A stretch of DNA of 63,865 nucleotides, filler included, from Circinaria calcarea (lineage: Eukaryota): the NCBI GenBank assembly GCA_051942165.1. It is 3 parts of 3 records of this genome, joined end to end, with 100 filler letters (N's around TTAATTAATTAA, not from the genome) between each part and the next. Parts side by side here need not be neighbours in the genome. Positions count along the whole stretch, not along the records: positions 1 to 21,943 come from JAVECS010000136.1; positions 22,044 to 43,859 come from JAVECS010000137.1; 1 more part is not named here. The stretch is one strand, 5' to 3'. The translations under genes and the position numbers were made by a program. Positions 13,838 to 25,950 of the stretch are shown here, in pieces. The notes beneath the pieces are model-generated. The model was given only the letters and a program-made list of their open reading frames with translations. It did not search any database and was not told the origin of the DNA. How positions within the stretch are numbered: the stretch's first letter is position 1; each line of letters starts with the position of its first letter.

Positions 13838-14100
13838 GCAATGTAGACAGCAGTGTGGACAACAGTACAGTGTGGATAACAAGGTGGGCAACAGTGTGAG
13901 CAACAGTGTAGGCAATAATGTAGGTAATAGTGCGGCAACAGTATGAGCAACAGTGTGGGTAACAGTATGGAGAACGGTGTAGGCAACCATGTGGAGAACA
14001 GTGTGGGCAACCGTGTGAACAACAGTGTGGCAACAGTGGGAAAGGCAATGTAGGCAACCGTGTGGCCCATGTATAGCCAATAGTATGGGCAACAATGCGG
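13838..14100. repeat. Degenerate 12-bp minisatellite (GCAACAGTGTGG-like)
   Basis: About 20 variant units such as gcaacagtgtga, gcaacagtgtag and gcaacagtgtgg. Confidence 0.85.
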
Positions 14101-14651
14101 GAAAGAGGCACAAGATCAAACCGCAGAATGTTTTAGAATTATATTGGTTACAGAGCTATACTTATGTTGGAATTATGCTCCTCTGAGCGCTCTGATATAT
14201 CAGAGGGACGAGGCAAATCCCCTGTGGCTATTACCAGGCAAATAATTGTTGAAATTTCAGTGTGTAGGGCATTGCGGCTGAACGGCAGTGGTGGCGGTGT
14301 AGCAACTTAGGTTGTGCGGCTCTGTATATAGAGGCCTTTGCCCACTGCTTTCGTCAAGCAAGTACGGCCAGTCAAGTATGTGAAGCGGTCCATATTTTCA
14401 ACGAGGAGGGGTACCTACCAAATTAGGCTAGCTCAGCCGTCCACTAACCGCCTTGAAATAAGGTACCGGGCCATCCCGTCTTATCCTATGGTAAGCGATC
14501 CTTTGAAACCAACGCTTACGCCTAATCAGCAGCGCCGATCTACCGAGGAGCTACCGAAGTATCAGCGAGCAACTCTCAGCACATCGACAACAATAGTGGC
14601 TCTTCTATAATCCTCACCCACATCCATACACGTTAGATACCCCTAAAGACC

Positions 14652-15573
14652 ATGGCAGCAGTGGCAACTAACTCCTCTACATTTCCTCTCTTCTCAAGCC
14701 TCCCTCCAGAGCTCCGCGACCAGATATGGCGTGACGCTCTGCCTAATGAAATCGGGCCAGCTTTGTACTTCTACAGAAAGGGGTGTTGGTGCCCCCGAAA
14801 CCTAACATCATCTGACGAGGAATATGACCCTAAGGACGACGAGGTGGATCTATATTTCGACTTCCGCCACGATTTGTTAGACGCTGTTCAGTTTGAAGTA
14901 TCGCTCTGGTTCGTCAACCGCGAGGCCCGTCGCATCGCCTTGGCCTGGGTTCGTGAACATGGTATCGAGATACGCGCCCGCGAGGATAGACGGTCTCCTG
15001 TCTTCGTGTGCCCTTTTAACCCAGTGCGTGATGTGCTATACATTGCGGTTGATGAATGCAACGAGTTTCTTTACGAGCCTGACGATCGATGCTTTCAACC
15101 AGATATGGTGGAAAAGTATATTCACAGTGGGGCAGTCAACATCACGCGTATCGTTATGCCCGAGGCGCTGTTTCAGGGTGAGGGTGAGGTCGCCGCTGCA
15201 CTAGCTGAGTTGATGGTAATTACCATGTCATTCTCTTTTCTTTCTTTGTATTTTTCTAACCTTTACAAAACCACAGGATAGGTATTTCAGCCTACTCCAA
15301 GGATTATATATTCTGGTCGACACACCGTTGGATTTGCAGCCTGTCAAGGACGGCATGAAGATGCAGCCGCGATGGGAGTTGAAAAACATGGAGGGAGGGG
15401 CATTCTTTTGGAATCATGATCATGGCCGCTTTGACTTTCATGGGAGTGAGCATCTTATTGATAAGGCTCTGTACAAATTGATGGAGGAGATCAATAAACG
15501 ACTAGGTGAAGAGCTTGTCAAGAACAGCATCCGCAGCTTTGAGGTCCGGCCTGTCTTTGCCGTCAGAAGATGA
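14652..15573 (+). CDS. 2EXR-family-like fungal protein
   Basis: N-terminal FPLFSSLPPELRDQIW plus VNREAR and FNPVRDVLY motifs. A GT-AG intron at 15216-15276 joins the two ORFs in frame. Confidence 0.8.
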
Positions 15574-16509
15574 ACGAGGCTTGCTCGCATGTGTACAAGA
15601 TCAAGAACAATTGTTAAAACATGCTATTGCGCACCATGAAGGGGAATATGAGTATCAGGCAGAGGGTATGCAGGATATGGATCCGGATCTGAGACTTGAG
15701 CTGGAGAGGGAGAGTGATAAGAGATGGGGATATAATGAGCACACGCAGCAGCTGACGATCGTAACGAGTGTGAGAATGAGCAGGACGAGACCAGTGCCAT
15801 GGACATCATCGACTCTGATTCTGATTCGATCTAATGCCGATGGATTAGACTGAAAAGGAGGCCGTGGTACTAAGCTACCATAGCGGAAGCGATAGCACAG
15901 TACTACTTAATTAAGGCCTCGCTCAGTATGAGAGGCTTTACTAGTCACTGCTCCCTCGGCGCGCTTCCCTCTGCTCCCTTTGAAGGGGCCATGCTCCCCC
16001 TCTCCCGAACGAAAGCACTAATCCATAAACGCAAGTTCGGGCTATACATAACGTATTGTTAAACGGAGAGCCAAGCATACCGTATGCTATGCAGAAGTTC
16101 TGTACCGCCTATATTAGTACCAGCGTGGGCTGCAGAGTTTTCCCCTCGACTTCGCACTTTTGCGAACAGTACAACTTACATACATGTTACACAATAATAT
16201 ATATCGACTATTGCGTACACATTGAATACCGTCTTGATGCATTGCTTAAGCCACTCCCTGCTAAGCCGGTAACACGTATAACGTATAACGTATATCTAAC
16301 CTGCTTATAAAACGGTTTCTCCAGGAAGAAGCGCTTTTCCCAAACAAGAATTATAATAAAACGTAACCACGAATGTTAAGAATAATATCCTAAGCCTTTT
16401 CAAAATTCCCTTTCGACAAGTTGTCATTCCATGCCAGATGGTAGAGATGTACAAAGTGCGCAGCATAGATTTTTCATTCCTCAATCTCTTGTACAAAGGA
16501 AACATGTAA

Positions 16510-16805
16510 GGTGTTTCCCGCTGTGCTTCTGAGGAATAGATAGGCAAAGACGCTGTTGGATGTGGGATTCGAGGGTCCTAGAGGAAGAAGGAATCAGAAA
16601 TTATATGGCACAAATTGACTGCTACGGTACAATGCGCATATGGAGATCATAGAGGTAGCTGAATTTCATACTGCTTCTGCACTGCTGTATTGCTACTGTT
16701 GTCGAGTGTTATGTGCCCGAAACCCCCAATCTATGCTTGCCCCGAATATCAAAACCCATGTCTCCAAGCCAGCCCGCCTCGGCCCTCACCACATATTGCT
16801 CTAGC
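16510..16805. repeat. Diverged direct repeat, copy 2 (partner 12765-13080)
   Basis: Same shared blocks as copy 1. It lies just 3' of the minus-strand Cys-rich gene. Confidence 0.8.
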
Positions 16806-16907
16806 AGTCTGATCTATGCGTCCTTGGCTACCAGGTACGCATTGGTCCAGCTGGTTGACCTGATTTAATCACAGTGTATGCTAACAAGTCGCCTTCTAGC
16901 TTTCCAC

Positions 16908-17634
16908 CTAGACACAGATGCCTGCACAACTAATGCCACCGGCGTTTAGGTCGCAAGTATCTCTGGGATCGTCAACACAAAACTGATTCGCGTTGGGGCA
17001 GGTCGGTCCGCTAAAGGTCCCACACCGCGTGAGTTTCGGTCCGACACAGATTCCTAAACAATCGGCAGCCATAAGGCAGCAGTTGTTTCCGTCTGCATCA
17101 CAGGTCCGTGGATCGTCGATGCAGAGTTGATTACCGCGGGGGCACCGCAATCCCTGTAGACCGCCGCACGGCGCGTATTTGGGCGGTGCCGCTGAGCTGC
17201 CATCTGGATATACGCAAATCCCCGAACAATCCGCGCCACCGTTCTGTGGATCACAACTGTCGTTTGGATTTTCCACACAGACTTGACGCCTGTCTGGGCA
17301 TTGCAAATTGGCGATGCCGCCGCATGTCGGGCCATCCAAAGTCGCGCAGATGCCCGGACAGTCGACAGCAGTATCACAGCCAGGCCTTGTGGGGTCGTTG
17401 ATGCATGATTGACCGGTGGGACAAGCGGGCAGTCCTCGACTACCGCAAGAAATTGGTGTTGAGGCCTTGATCTGATGTTGCGTCAGCTTTATATTAGACA
17501 GAAGTGTTGGAGGAAGTCAAGGGGACTGAGACTCGAGTGGAAAGGTTTTTACGGCCACTTACAGTTGGTTTTGCTGTGGAAGAGCTGGCAAGGGCCAGTA
17601 CAAATAGAGCGAGAAGGGAGTTGACAGACTTCAT
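16908..17634 (-). CDS. Secreted cysteine-rich protein with four tandem CGG-x-C-x-C-xDDP-x-C-x-DCxGICV-type repeats (~211 aa)
   Basis: Exon 1 (17563-17634) encodes the signal MKSVNSLLALFVLALASSSTAKPT. The intron is 17472-17562 (GTAAGT...CTGAC...CAG). The exon 2 repeats end DCPGICA, DCSGICV, DCLGICV and SCAGICV. Confidence 0.88.
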
Positions 17635-19458
17635 TGTTATTGTTTGGAGGAAGACGTAGTACTCGTAAATTGGAAACGAGAAGATGAATTTTTTGGAAAG
17701 TCGAATGACGAAACTAGTAGAATATTCACCGAACGTTGAACCTCTTTAAATACCCATAGCCCAGTCAGATATCTGCACACCGTCCTCAGCCCACGTAAAT
17801 ATGGATGTTGCATTCTGACGTCCCAGGAAAACATATTATGTGGTAATAGTATCGTGTACGCATGTCTAATTGGATACACCGAAGTGTCGTGGGGAATATT
17901 GTTTCTTGGCAGTTGAGCCAGGTAGGTATCGGAATCGTTTTATGGCGCAAGTCTAATTTCTTCCAGAAGCGAGACACTTGCCCTAATCCATCGGGTCTCG
18001 TCGTGGCTAGCCCTGGAATCGTAAGGTAAGGGCGCGTGGTCTGGACGCCTTGGCAGGACCATTTGCGGGAGATTTCTCAAAAGGAATGTTGCAGTTAGGC
18101 CAACCTATACGAAGGAATTCGTATTAGGAGTCAGCGGGTCCCACCATTCAGCCCGCAACATACGTAACCCGCTCGAGAGCGGATGGCGAAAAGTCAAACT
18201 GCCGACTTTTGACCAGATGCACTTGACAAGTCGTAGCTGCTCGAAACCCGTGACAGCGACACTACTGGTAGCTACCCCAGATTATCACAAGCTACTGATT
18301 AAAGTTTCGTAGGCCCATTTTCCACGCGACCTACTACCATATAGCCCGAGATCGACGCGCTAACACACCAATGCACTACAGATGTCTTAACTCGGCAACC
18401 ACAACCGCCTCACCATCACAACGGGATCGCGTAACATCCCAGCCCCCTATAATGGTAATTTCCCCCGCCATCTCACCGCCACAAACACGATCGGAATACT
18501 CCTGACCGGCTGGATTTATACCTCCCTGTCAATTGGAAAGTTGCAAACCTTAAAACACGGGTCGACCCGAGAACTGTCGAGACTCGATACCAATCACAGT
18601 ACCTCGTGGCACTGCCCAGAATCCCCCTCTGACCACTCACCACCCCGGCTCACTCGCTACCGCAGTAAGAGCTCGTCTCCTTTGGGGAGCTTCACCACAG
18701 TACTTAACCTCCAGGCTCAACGCCCCTTCCGTCAACTGGCAAAGGTTTCCCTTCCGCTCGAGAGAGTCTCGAATTGTACATATGGACGGCACAGGCAGCG
18801 GAGCTGAGAACCGGTCATGTGGGCACCGTGAAATTTCATTTGTGGGCAGAATGGAAATGGGATATGTTTTTGCTGGCGAGTATGGGGTGGGGGAGTTCGC
18901 TGGGATTAGATAGCAATATGGTTCGAGAGTCGAGTACGGTTTGGGTCTTCAGAGTTACTGGGATTTCGGTTCGCTTCTACTCGGTAAACTCTCCGATGGT
19001 TCTTGTAGGTATTGTAACCAAGTAGACGGTCTATCCTTCCCCCTATGTATATACATAAAAAAATAGGCCCCGAAACCCACACGCTCCCCCACGCAAACCC
19101 CTTGCCCCATTTCCCAAAAAATATTGCACTCAACCATCGAATCCCATCCCACATCTTGATAACCGCGTCTCCCGCCGGCCTATACCCAGTCAACTAAACT
19201 CCTAAATTGCTCCTCTTTTCCCCCATAGGCACTCCCTATCTTGTACCTCCACCATCCCCAATCTCCCTATCCATATCTCATGTTCCCGCATCCTTGACAT
19301 GCTTTTCCATTCCTTTCTTTCAAGTTTAGAGAAGTGTTATTTGTCGTCTGACCGCGTGAACAAGAATTGACGATGTACGTGGCGTTGGTGTCTAATTTGA
19401 TTCTTTTGAAAAACAATTTTACGATATGTAGGAAGATGAGATGGAAATCGAATGCTAT

Positions 19459-21943
19459 TTAAGTTTGCTTTCTATCGATAAGTTCGCCGACCATTTCTAT
19501 CCGCTCTCGAGCATCCATATACGCCAAGCTGCGAGGGACTCTTCGGGCATCTCTTCTGGTGGTGTTTCCCCCCCATGAATGCATGGGTAGACACATGACG
19601 CTTGGAAGTTCACAAACTGTTTCTTGTGACTGACGCGTGCTTTCACGTTTAACTTCCACCCCTCCAGTGCTCTCCGAGGAGTTGGTTTCTGGGTTGTCCT
19701 TTCCTTGCTCCACTTGAGCAACATAGGAGTTGTTCGGGTTCGAAATGCCATCTCTGCTAGAATATGTTATTTAGCTAATGTCACGTGTTCCTCTGGATGA
19801 TGTAAGCCCACACATACCGAACTTGCTCACCCATATCTACTAATCCAGCTTCGGGGATGCGGTTGCCTATTGGGTTCCTCTGCACTGACAGATTTCGAAC
19901 GTTGGATTTCTTGGAAATTATATACGCTCTAACTGCCTTACAACTTGTGTCTTCAAAGCCTTCGCGATATCGTACTGTATCAAACTCTTTCGGTAGCTTC
20001 ATTGAAAGTGCCCGAACCCATTCTGTGTCTGACCAACGGACGACAAGATCCTTATTGGGTAGATGTGCAACGAGCTTAAGCATCTTTGTATTTGACGATT
20101 CAAGGGAAAGAAATTTGCCTGTCGGGATGTGGTGACTCCAGGTCAACGGCTCCGTTACTTGGACATCAAGGATTGGAACAATGGCGGTTTCGAGAACTGT
20201 GAATGAGGGTTTATCAGTCGTTAGACAGCTGCATCGTTGCCCTGGGAGGGTGCTGTATGGAAATTCCAGGCACGCATCTGTGGTAATAGCAAAAGTTGCA
20301 ACCAGTACCGTGTCTTTCAGGAAACCGGCCCAAGTATGTACCTTGTTGGGGTAAATCGCTGTCTGATGAGGGTCTCCCGAGTCCTCCAGAAAACTGTATG
20401 CCGCGAGATCGCCATCATACGTAATACCCGTGTTTGCAAGAGCATCAAAGAGCCAGGATACCACCCTTCCTATATCCTTCCTCCACTCCACATGTTTATT
20501 GTATAATTCGATGATGTATTTCGGATCTTCTTGGCCCATGGCTTTTTCGACAGCGGTCTTGCACGCCGGATCGGGCCAGTCAAAGAACCCATGCTGACGG
20601 TGTTTCAACATTGTTTGCGAGTTAATCAGATGAAGCAGTCTTCGCCTTCTTGCGTTCTTCGTGCAAGCACTGACCTCAAGCCCACACCATAGTGACAATA
20701 CGTCTGCATTGCGCTTCTCAGGTTCCAGTCTCCAGCGGCTTAGCATCCTTTGCTTCCGCGTCATGCCATCTCGCTTCTTGTACTGCCTTGATGTCCCTAT
20801 TTGCGACCCTGAGTAGCCTATCGCGAGATTATACGTAACTGAGTCCTGGTAACTTGAAGATTCCGAGGTTCCGGAGGGGATTATTTTGACACCAACAAGA
20901 TTCTTTAGCTGTGGATCTGTGCAGGAAAGGTTCACATCCAAACCTCCTGATTCATGAGCTCCAATTAGAAGCCTCTGTTTCTCTAATGGGTTGATCTTAA
21001 GATGCTTCGGAGTTAGCTGTGCCACAGAAGGTAAGAAATGGCAAGCAACCCCATCCAACTCATCAGTGCCGTCGGGCCATCTAACAATGACGCCTACGCC
21101 AATAGCGTAATAGTACGAGGCCAGTGATTCTGATTCCACATCACTCTGCTCGGTGAGCTTCCATACAGGACCCCAGATATCAGCAAGATCTTCGATGGTG
21201 GTGGATATGTGTGCGGAAAACAGTAAGTCTTCTGGAGACTGAACAACCCAGATCTTCTTTCCATGGAGGAATTCATTCATACAACTCAGCGAAACTGCTG
21301 AATAGCTGAGAGGCCAGAGGCCAGCAATCATGCATTCATTTAACACTATTCCAGAGAATTTAGGACACCTAATGGACGACTCTAAACTGTAACTGTCAAG
21401 GGCCCAAAGATGGTCGGATGTGGAAACGAGGTGAGCTCCACAATATGATATCACACCAACATCAAGAACCTGGGCGATCGTCCACCAAAGGCATACAATA
21501 GTTATGAAGGAAGCAGATTGTTCCATCGCTTGCAAGCATTCGAGATCAAAGATTTGACGGTAATTGTCTTTAAAATTGGGCATTCGTCCCGTACAGTAGT
21601 TTCTTGCAGTATATCCATTACGGAGACCCCAGAGTATGCTCCTTAATGTACGATTGAGTCGTTGAACCAGTTCGACAATCTTAGATAGCCTAATAGGTTC
21701 GAGCCGGACCGCTCCAGATTTGTGATTGGCGACAAAAATACTAATACCCTCGTTGCAGATACCTTTTTCCTGTAGGGTTTCAATCGTTCGGCAGAGCGTG
21801 ACCAAGATGTTCAGGGATGTCTTCATCATGTCTAGTTCAGCACCATAGTTGGACTCTTTCCATTCCCGTGATATCTTGGGTACTGTGACTGCTCTGTCCT
21901 CTAAGTGAAAGTTCACGTACAGGGACACCAGCTCTGCTAGTGC
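19459..21943 (-). CDS. Large hypothetical protein, 5' end lost in assembly gap
   Basis: More than 700 open codons up to the N-gap. A GT-AG intron (~19758-19816) links to the last exon, which ends at 19459. No catalytic motif recognised. Confidence 0.75.
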
Positions 21944-22043
21944 NNNNNNNNNNNNNNNNNNNNNNNNNNNNNNNNNNNNNNNNNNNNTTAATTAATTAAN
22001 NNNNNNNNNNNNNNNNNNNNNNNNNNNNNNNNNNNNNNNNNNN
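21944..22043. other. Assembly gap / artificial contig spacer
   Basis: N-run containing TTAATTAATTAA, which puts stops in all six frames. Confidence 0.97.
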
Positions 22044-22250
22044 ATATAATAATTTTACGATAAGGATTAATAAATTATATAATAATAAATTTAATAATTT
22101 TATATAAATATATAAATTTTTATTAAAGAATTTTAATATAATATTTCGCGAAGAAAATCTTTCTCGCTAAATTAATACCTCGTGACCTCGGGGTATAATT
22201 TATTTATAGGGTTCATAGGGGTTCTTAAATAGAGCCCTTATATAAACTCG
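22044..22250. repeat. AT-rich, heavily RIP-like degraded sequence at contig end
   Basis: Almost only A/T with many TpA dinucleotides. Confidence 0.6.
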
Positions 22251-22467
22251 ATCCGGTAAAGAGACGTCGCCGGAAACATTAATCTCCTCTGGACATTAAC
22301 GCTTTTCCCGGCTCAAGCGTCACACTCGAGCATTCTTATAACCTAGATGAGAAAGCTACCTACAAGCATGTCGGTAAGACCATGGACACTTTCATGCTCA
22401 AGCCAATCAGCTTCACCTTTTCTCCAGGACCGGCGGAACTGGAAGACACAAGCAGCTCCATCTGAAC

Positions 22468-23110
22468 TTATTCTGTTCCCTCGATCCACTCTTCATCATC
22501 AGTATACTCTGATCTTCCAATCGACCCGAGATCTCTCGACGAGTCAGACCCGCAGCTTATCATCCTCTCATCATAGCACAAAATGGTTCCAAGTTCGCAA
22601 TTGAAGTGCTCGCAATACGAGGCAACCACCGTCCACAGAGTTTCTTCGAGCCCAAGGGGTTCTTTGTTGATTCATTTAGATCGGGATGAAAGTTAGTTGT
22701 AGATAATAGTAGTGCTATTCAGACTAGCTAGATAGATAAATTGGATACGTTGCATGTGTCCATGACGACAAGATTTCATACTCGGATACAAAGGATGTGC
22801 GAGAATCCATCCAACCCATAAGCAACCTGTTAACTCTGAGGCGTTGTCCTTAGGATATTCTTATATTGCACACAGTGTATTCGTGATAATAGTAGGGCTT
22901 CGGGGTAGATTGAAAGAAATCCTCTATGAATGTATAGGGTCTAGAGAGTTGACCATCCGCTACCTTGATTGAGGGCTCCAAAATTGGTATCCTTGCACGA
23001 GGAGCCAAAATTGGCTCTTCATGGAAGATTCAAAAGCTGTTGGTGTCCGATACAGTCTCTCCCAATCATGAATATATTCTTCAAATTGGTGAGACGAAGT
23101 TCACTGGAGC
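22468..23110 (-). pseudogene. Degenerate hypothetical gene
   Basis: One frame reads HQFEEYIHDWERLYRTPTAFESSMKSQFWLLVQGYQFWSPQSR*RMV...LEETLWTVVASYCEHFNCELG...EEWIEGTE* with several TAG/TAA/TGA stops. Confidence 0.35.
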
Positions 23111-23173
23111 GATTAGCTGTTATCTACTTTGGAGATTTTGATTATTTCATTCTATGAAAGGCCAAAGAACAAA

Positions 23174-23937
23174 TGGCCTCTGGTCGATTCAATAATGTGA
23201 AGCGTTCAGAGTGGAATAAGAAATACAGAGAGATACTATCAGAACATATTTATAAGAGCCATAACCTCTTATAATCAAGTGTTGCTAACCCTATCCAAAA
23301 TAGAAGGCTTGAAATCGTAATAGAAGCGTCGCAGGTACGGATCAGAATTAACCCGAATGACCCTTATATATAGGAAAAAATGGAAGAAAAAGAGTACTTG
23401 TTCTCAAAAAACCTCAGCGATCTTTCGACTGGCCAGCTCAAGGAATTGTGTGATAGTGTCGATAAATCGTTTATGGCCATCTGGAGGGCCCCTTATAGGG
23501 TGGACTTCCGACACAGAATAGGGAAGACACTGTACGCGCTGCTCATGTTTGCCAATCATGCTCTTTAGCTAACTTTGCTCCACAAGTTTCCTGATTTTTA
23601 GAAACCAGAAATCAGCTTTGTTACAAAGATTGACAAGTTGCACCGAGACAATGCTAAATTAGCTTGCGAACTTAGCACATGGGAAGATAGAGTCGCTATA
23701 AAATCAGAAAGAAGACGAGTAGCTGAATGTGAGGCCAGTAAACTGAAAGCTACCATCCAGCAGCTTCAGATAAATAACCAAAAACTTGAGAACCACACAA
23801 GCGAGTGGAAATTAATAGCTGAGGAATCCCAAAACAGCACAGTCAAGTACTGCAGAGAGATGAACAAGATTTTTAGAGCTTTGGAGGAGATGAAGTCGGA
23901 GCTACCTTGCATGTGCATTGAACAACATCATCGATAG
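23174..23937 (+). pseudogene. Decayed coiled-coil protein gene
   Basis: Begins MASGRFNNVKRSEWNKKYRE. Intron remnants have CTAAC branch sites, the middle exon has multiple TGA/TAA stops, and the final exon is heptad-like (ASKLKATIQQLQINNQKLENH). Confidence 0.5.
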
Positions 23938-24789
23938 CCGATTTCGCACTCACTCTCAACCCAGTATGTGTGAAGCAAGGATATAGTATGGACATGTTAT
24001 AGCGGCAGTTGGCAGAGCTTGCGACTGACTTCAAAAGTCTGCGTTTCACCTATGCAATCTCCCTTCAGTTTTCGATTAAGACTTGTTTACATGCCACGCT
24101 GAGAACACTCTCGACACATCTGTTCAAAAGGAATTCGGCAGGCTAGCCCGCGCAGGTTGTCAAAAAACACAGTTAAGCTAGTTTTAAATAGAAGTGACAG
24201 CTTGCAAAGGTTCAATGGCTGAACAAATTGTCCGTCATTGACAGGGCTAACGTGTCGAAAGGGAGAAGTATCAATCAGGTACGAGGGTATTATTCCAAAA
24301 AACGGAACCCAAAAATCCCGTAGAGAACTATCAGATCAGGTTATAACAAGCAGCCCCCCGTTGACTGGTCTGTAGATTAAATACAAGAATGGCAATAACA
24401 AGCAACCACTTGTTGACAGGTCCGTAAATCAAATACAAGAAAGCCAACCCACCCCAAACCACCGATAATGCTCCTCCGCAAAATCCCAGCGGCCCGTCCT
24501 CCTTTCCTCACTGGTCCCGAAGACAAACCTCCAAAGCCTAAACTCCATCCGCCGACAGAAGATAGGCATCCCCAGCCACCGAGACCAGCGCTGGTGTCGG
24601 CTTTTGTGGTCTTCGCCAAGCTCCGTGTCCTTACCAACGGCTCGTTCGTAACCGCAGCCTTCTCACGCTACCAAGGCTTGAATTGGTGATTCTTGTTGAC
24701 TCTTGTCGAAGAGACCGAGACAGAGCCAGGCCGTCCACCGCTCCACGACCTGCACCGCCGTCTCCTTAGATACTTTGAACCACTCAACG

Positions 24790-25209
24790 TGTAGCATCAG
24801 CTTCCCTCTGCTGTTCCTATACGTATTGGTGAGCCTGATGACATCTTGTTTGGGCCACGGGCCTCGCGAGAGATAGTCAAAGGAAAGAAATAGACCAAAG
24901 TCCCCAATAGCATTGGCGGCCTCGTACACAAGGTTCAAGGAATTGTCTGTATTAGGGTCATGGAATGCGATGTTCATAGCGAAACCGTCAATGTGTGCTG
25001 CCTTGGCTATTTGGATATCGTCAACCCAATCGTCATACCTTGTGTGAGCGGTATTGCCAATTTATCGCAGTGGATCAGCATGCTGGAATCCATAGAAACA
25101 TGTACACAATATAACTTACGATCAGGTGTGCAAACACGGCTTTAGCCTGGGTACGAGTAATGCCTGAAATGAGTGCGAACACAATAGCCAGTACATGAGT
25201 GAAGAACAT
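24790..25209 (-). pseudogene. Truncated GH71 alpha-1,3-glucanase (mutanase) N-terminus
   Basis: Signal peptide + AKAVFAHLI, an intron, then DDWVDDIQIAKAAHIDGFAMNIA...LFLSFDY..GPWPKQDV, which are GH71 hallmarks. Similarity stops after about 110 aa. Confidence 0.8.
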
Positions 25210-25950
25210 CTTTCCAAATGAAAGCACTTATTGTACGACAAGCAGTAATGAGTGTGTAGAGACTAAATCAACCGGTCTCAATGAAGCCAACAATTGTAGT
25301 GTAGTGAGTGTGGTAGCCGCAGGCTACAAAAGGAATGGACGGACAAAGAAGCTGTAGAAGCTCCTGTCACTGACAAACAATGAGTGAATCTCTCGCGCAG
25401 CAAGGAAGGACGGGCAGAGGGAAAGAGAATGGCGGATGGGGGCGAGACTATAAAGAGGAATCTGAAAGGTACAATCTGCTGCCCATGTTGAATAAAGGAG
25501 CGCTTGGTAAGGGTCTCCCCATCTTGGACCCATCACCAAGATTAGAGACGGTCAAGGATCCAATAAACAAACGGTTTGAAACACGCACTTGGCCGGTTCT
25601 GGGGCTTTTGATGTCGCCAATTCCAAAAGCGAGGCATCAATTCTGCCCTGCAGGATTGCCTTATTTAGAGTAAATTCCCGTACAAATGATGAAACATCGA
25701 GCTGGGCGTTTGCGCGGCGGTAAGGTACCTTTACTGTATAATGTTCTAAAAAGTCTAGAGAACGTATCTATGCAGAATATAAAGAAAGTGTCTTCTGTAC
25801 GGCAAGAAGACAAGCAGTATATAGAGACTAAAGAAGCCTTAGATAAAGCACGTAGCTAACGATTTAATAAATTACGATTTGTATCTCTAGAAGAAAAAGC
25901 AGCAAAAACAGACTTACCTATTAAATCTAGTTCTAATATTAGAAAAACCT

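Noticed and set aside
13838..14100. CRISPR-like array
   Set aside because: Contiguous degenerate 12-mers with no unique spacers, in a eukaryotic context with no cas genes.
13741..14119. Three overlapping minus-strand ORFs (His/Thr/Cys-rich)
   Set aside because: They arise from translating the 12-bp minisatellite, which lacks stops on that strand.
18180..19200. Coding-like fragments on the plus strand
   Set aside because: Frames are short and broken with no identifiable family.
21988..21999. TTAATTAATTAA palindrome, repeated at 43904-43915, as a possible element terminus or TSD
   Set aside because: It is embedded in N-runs and is an artificial all-frame-stop spacer, not biological sequence.
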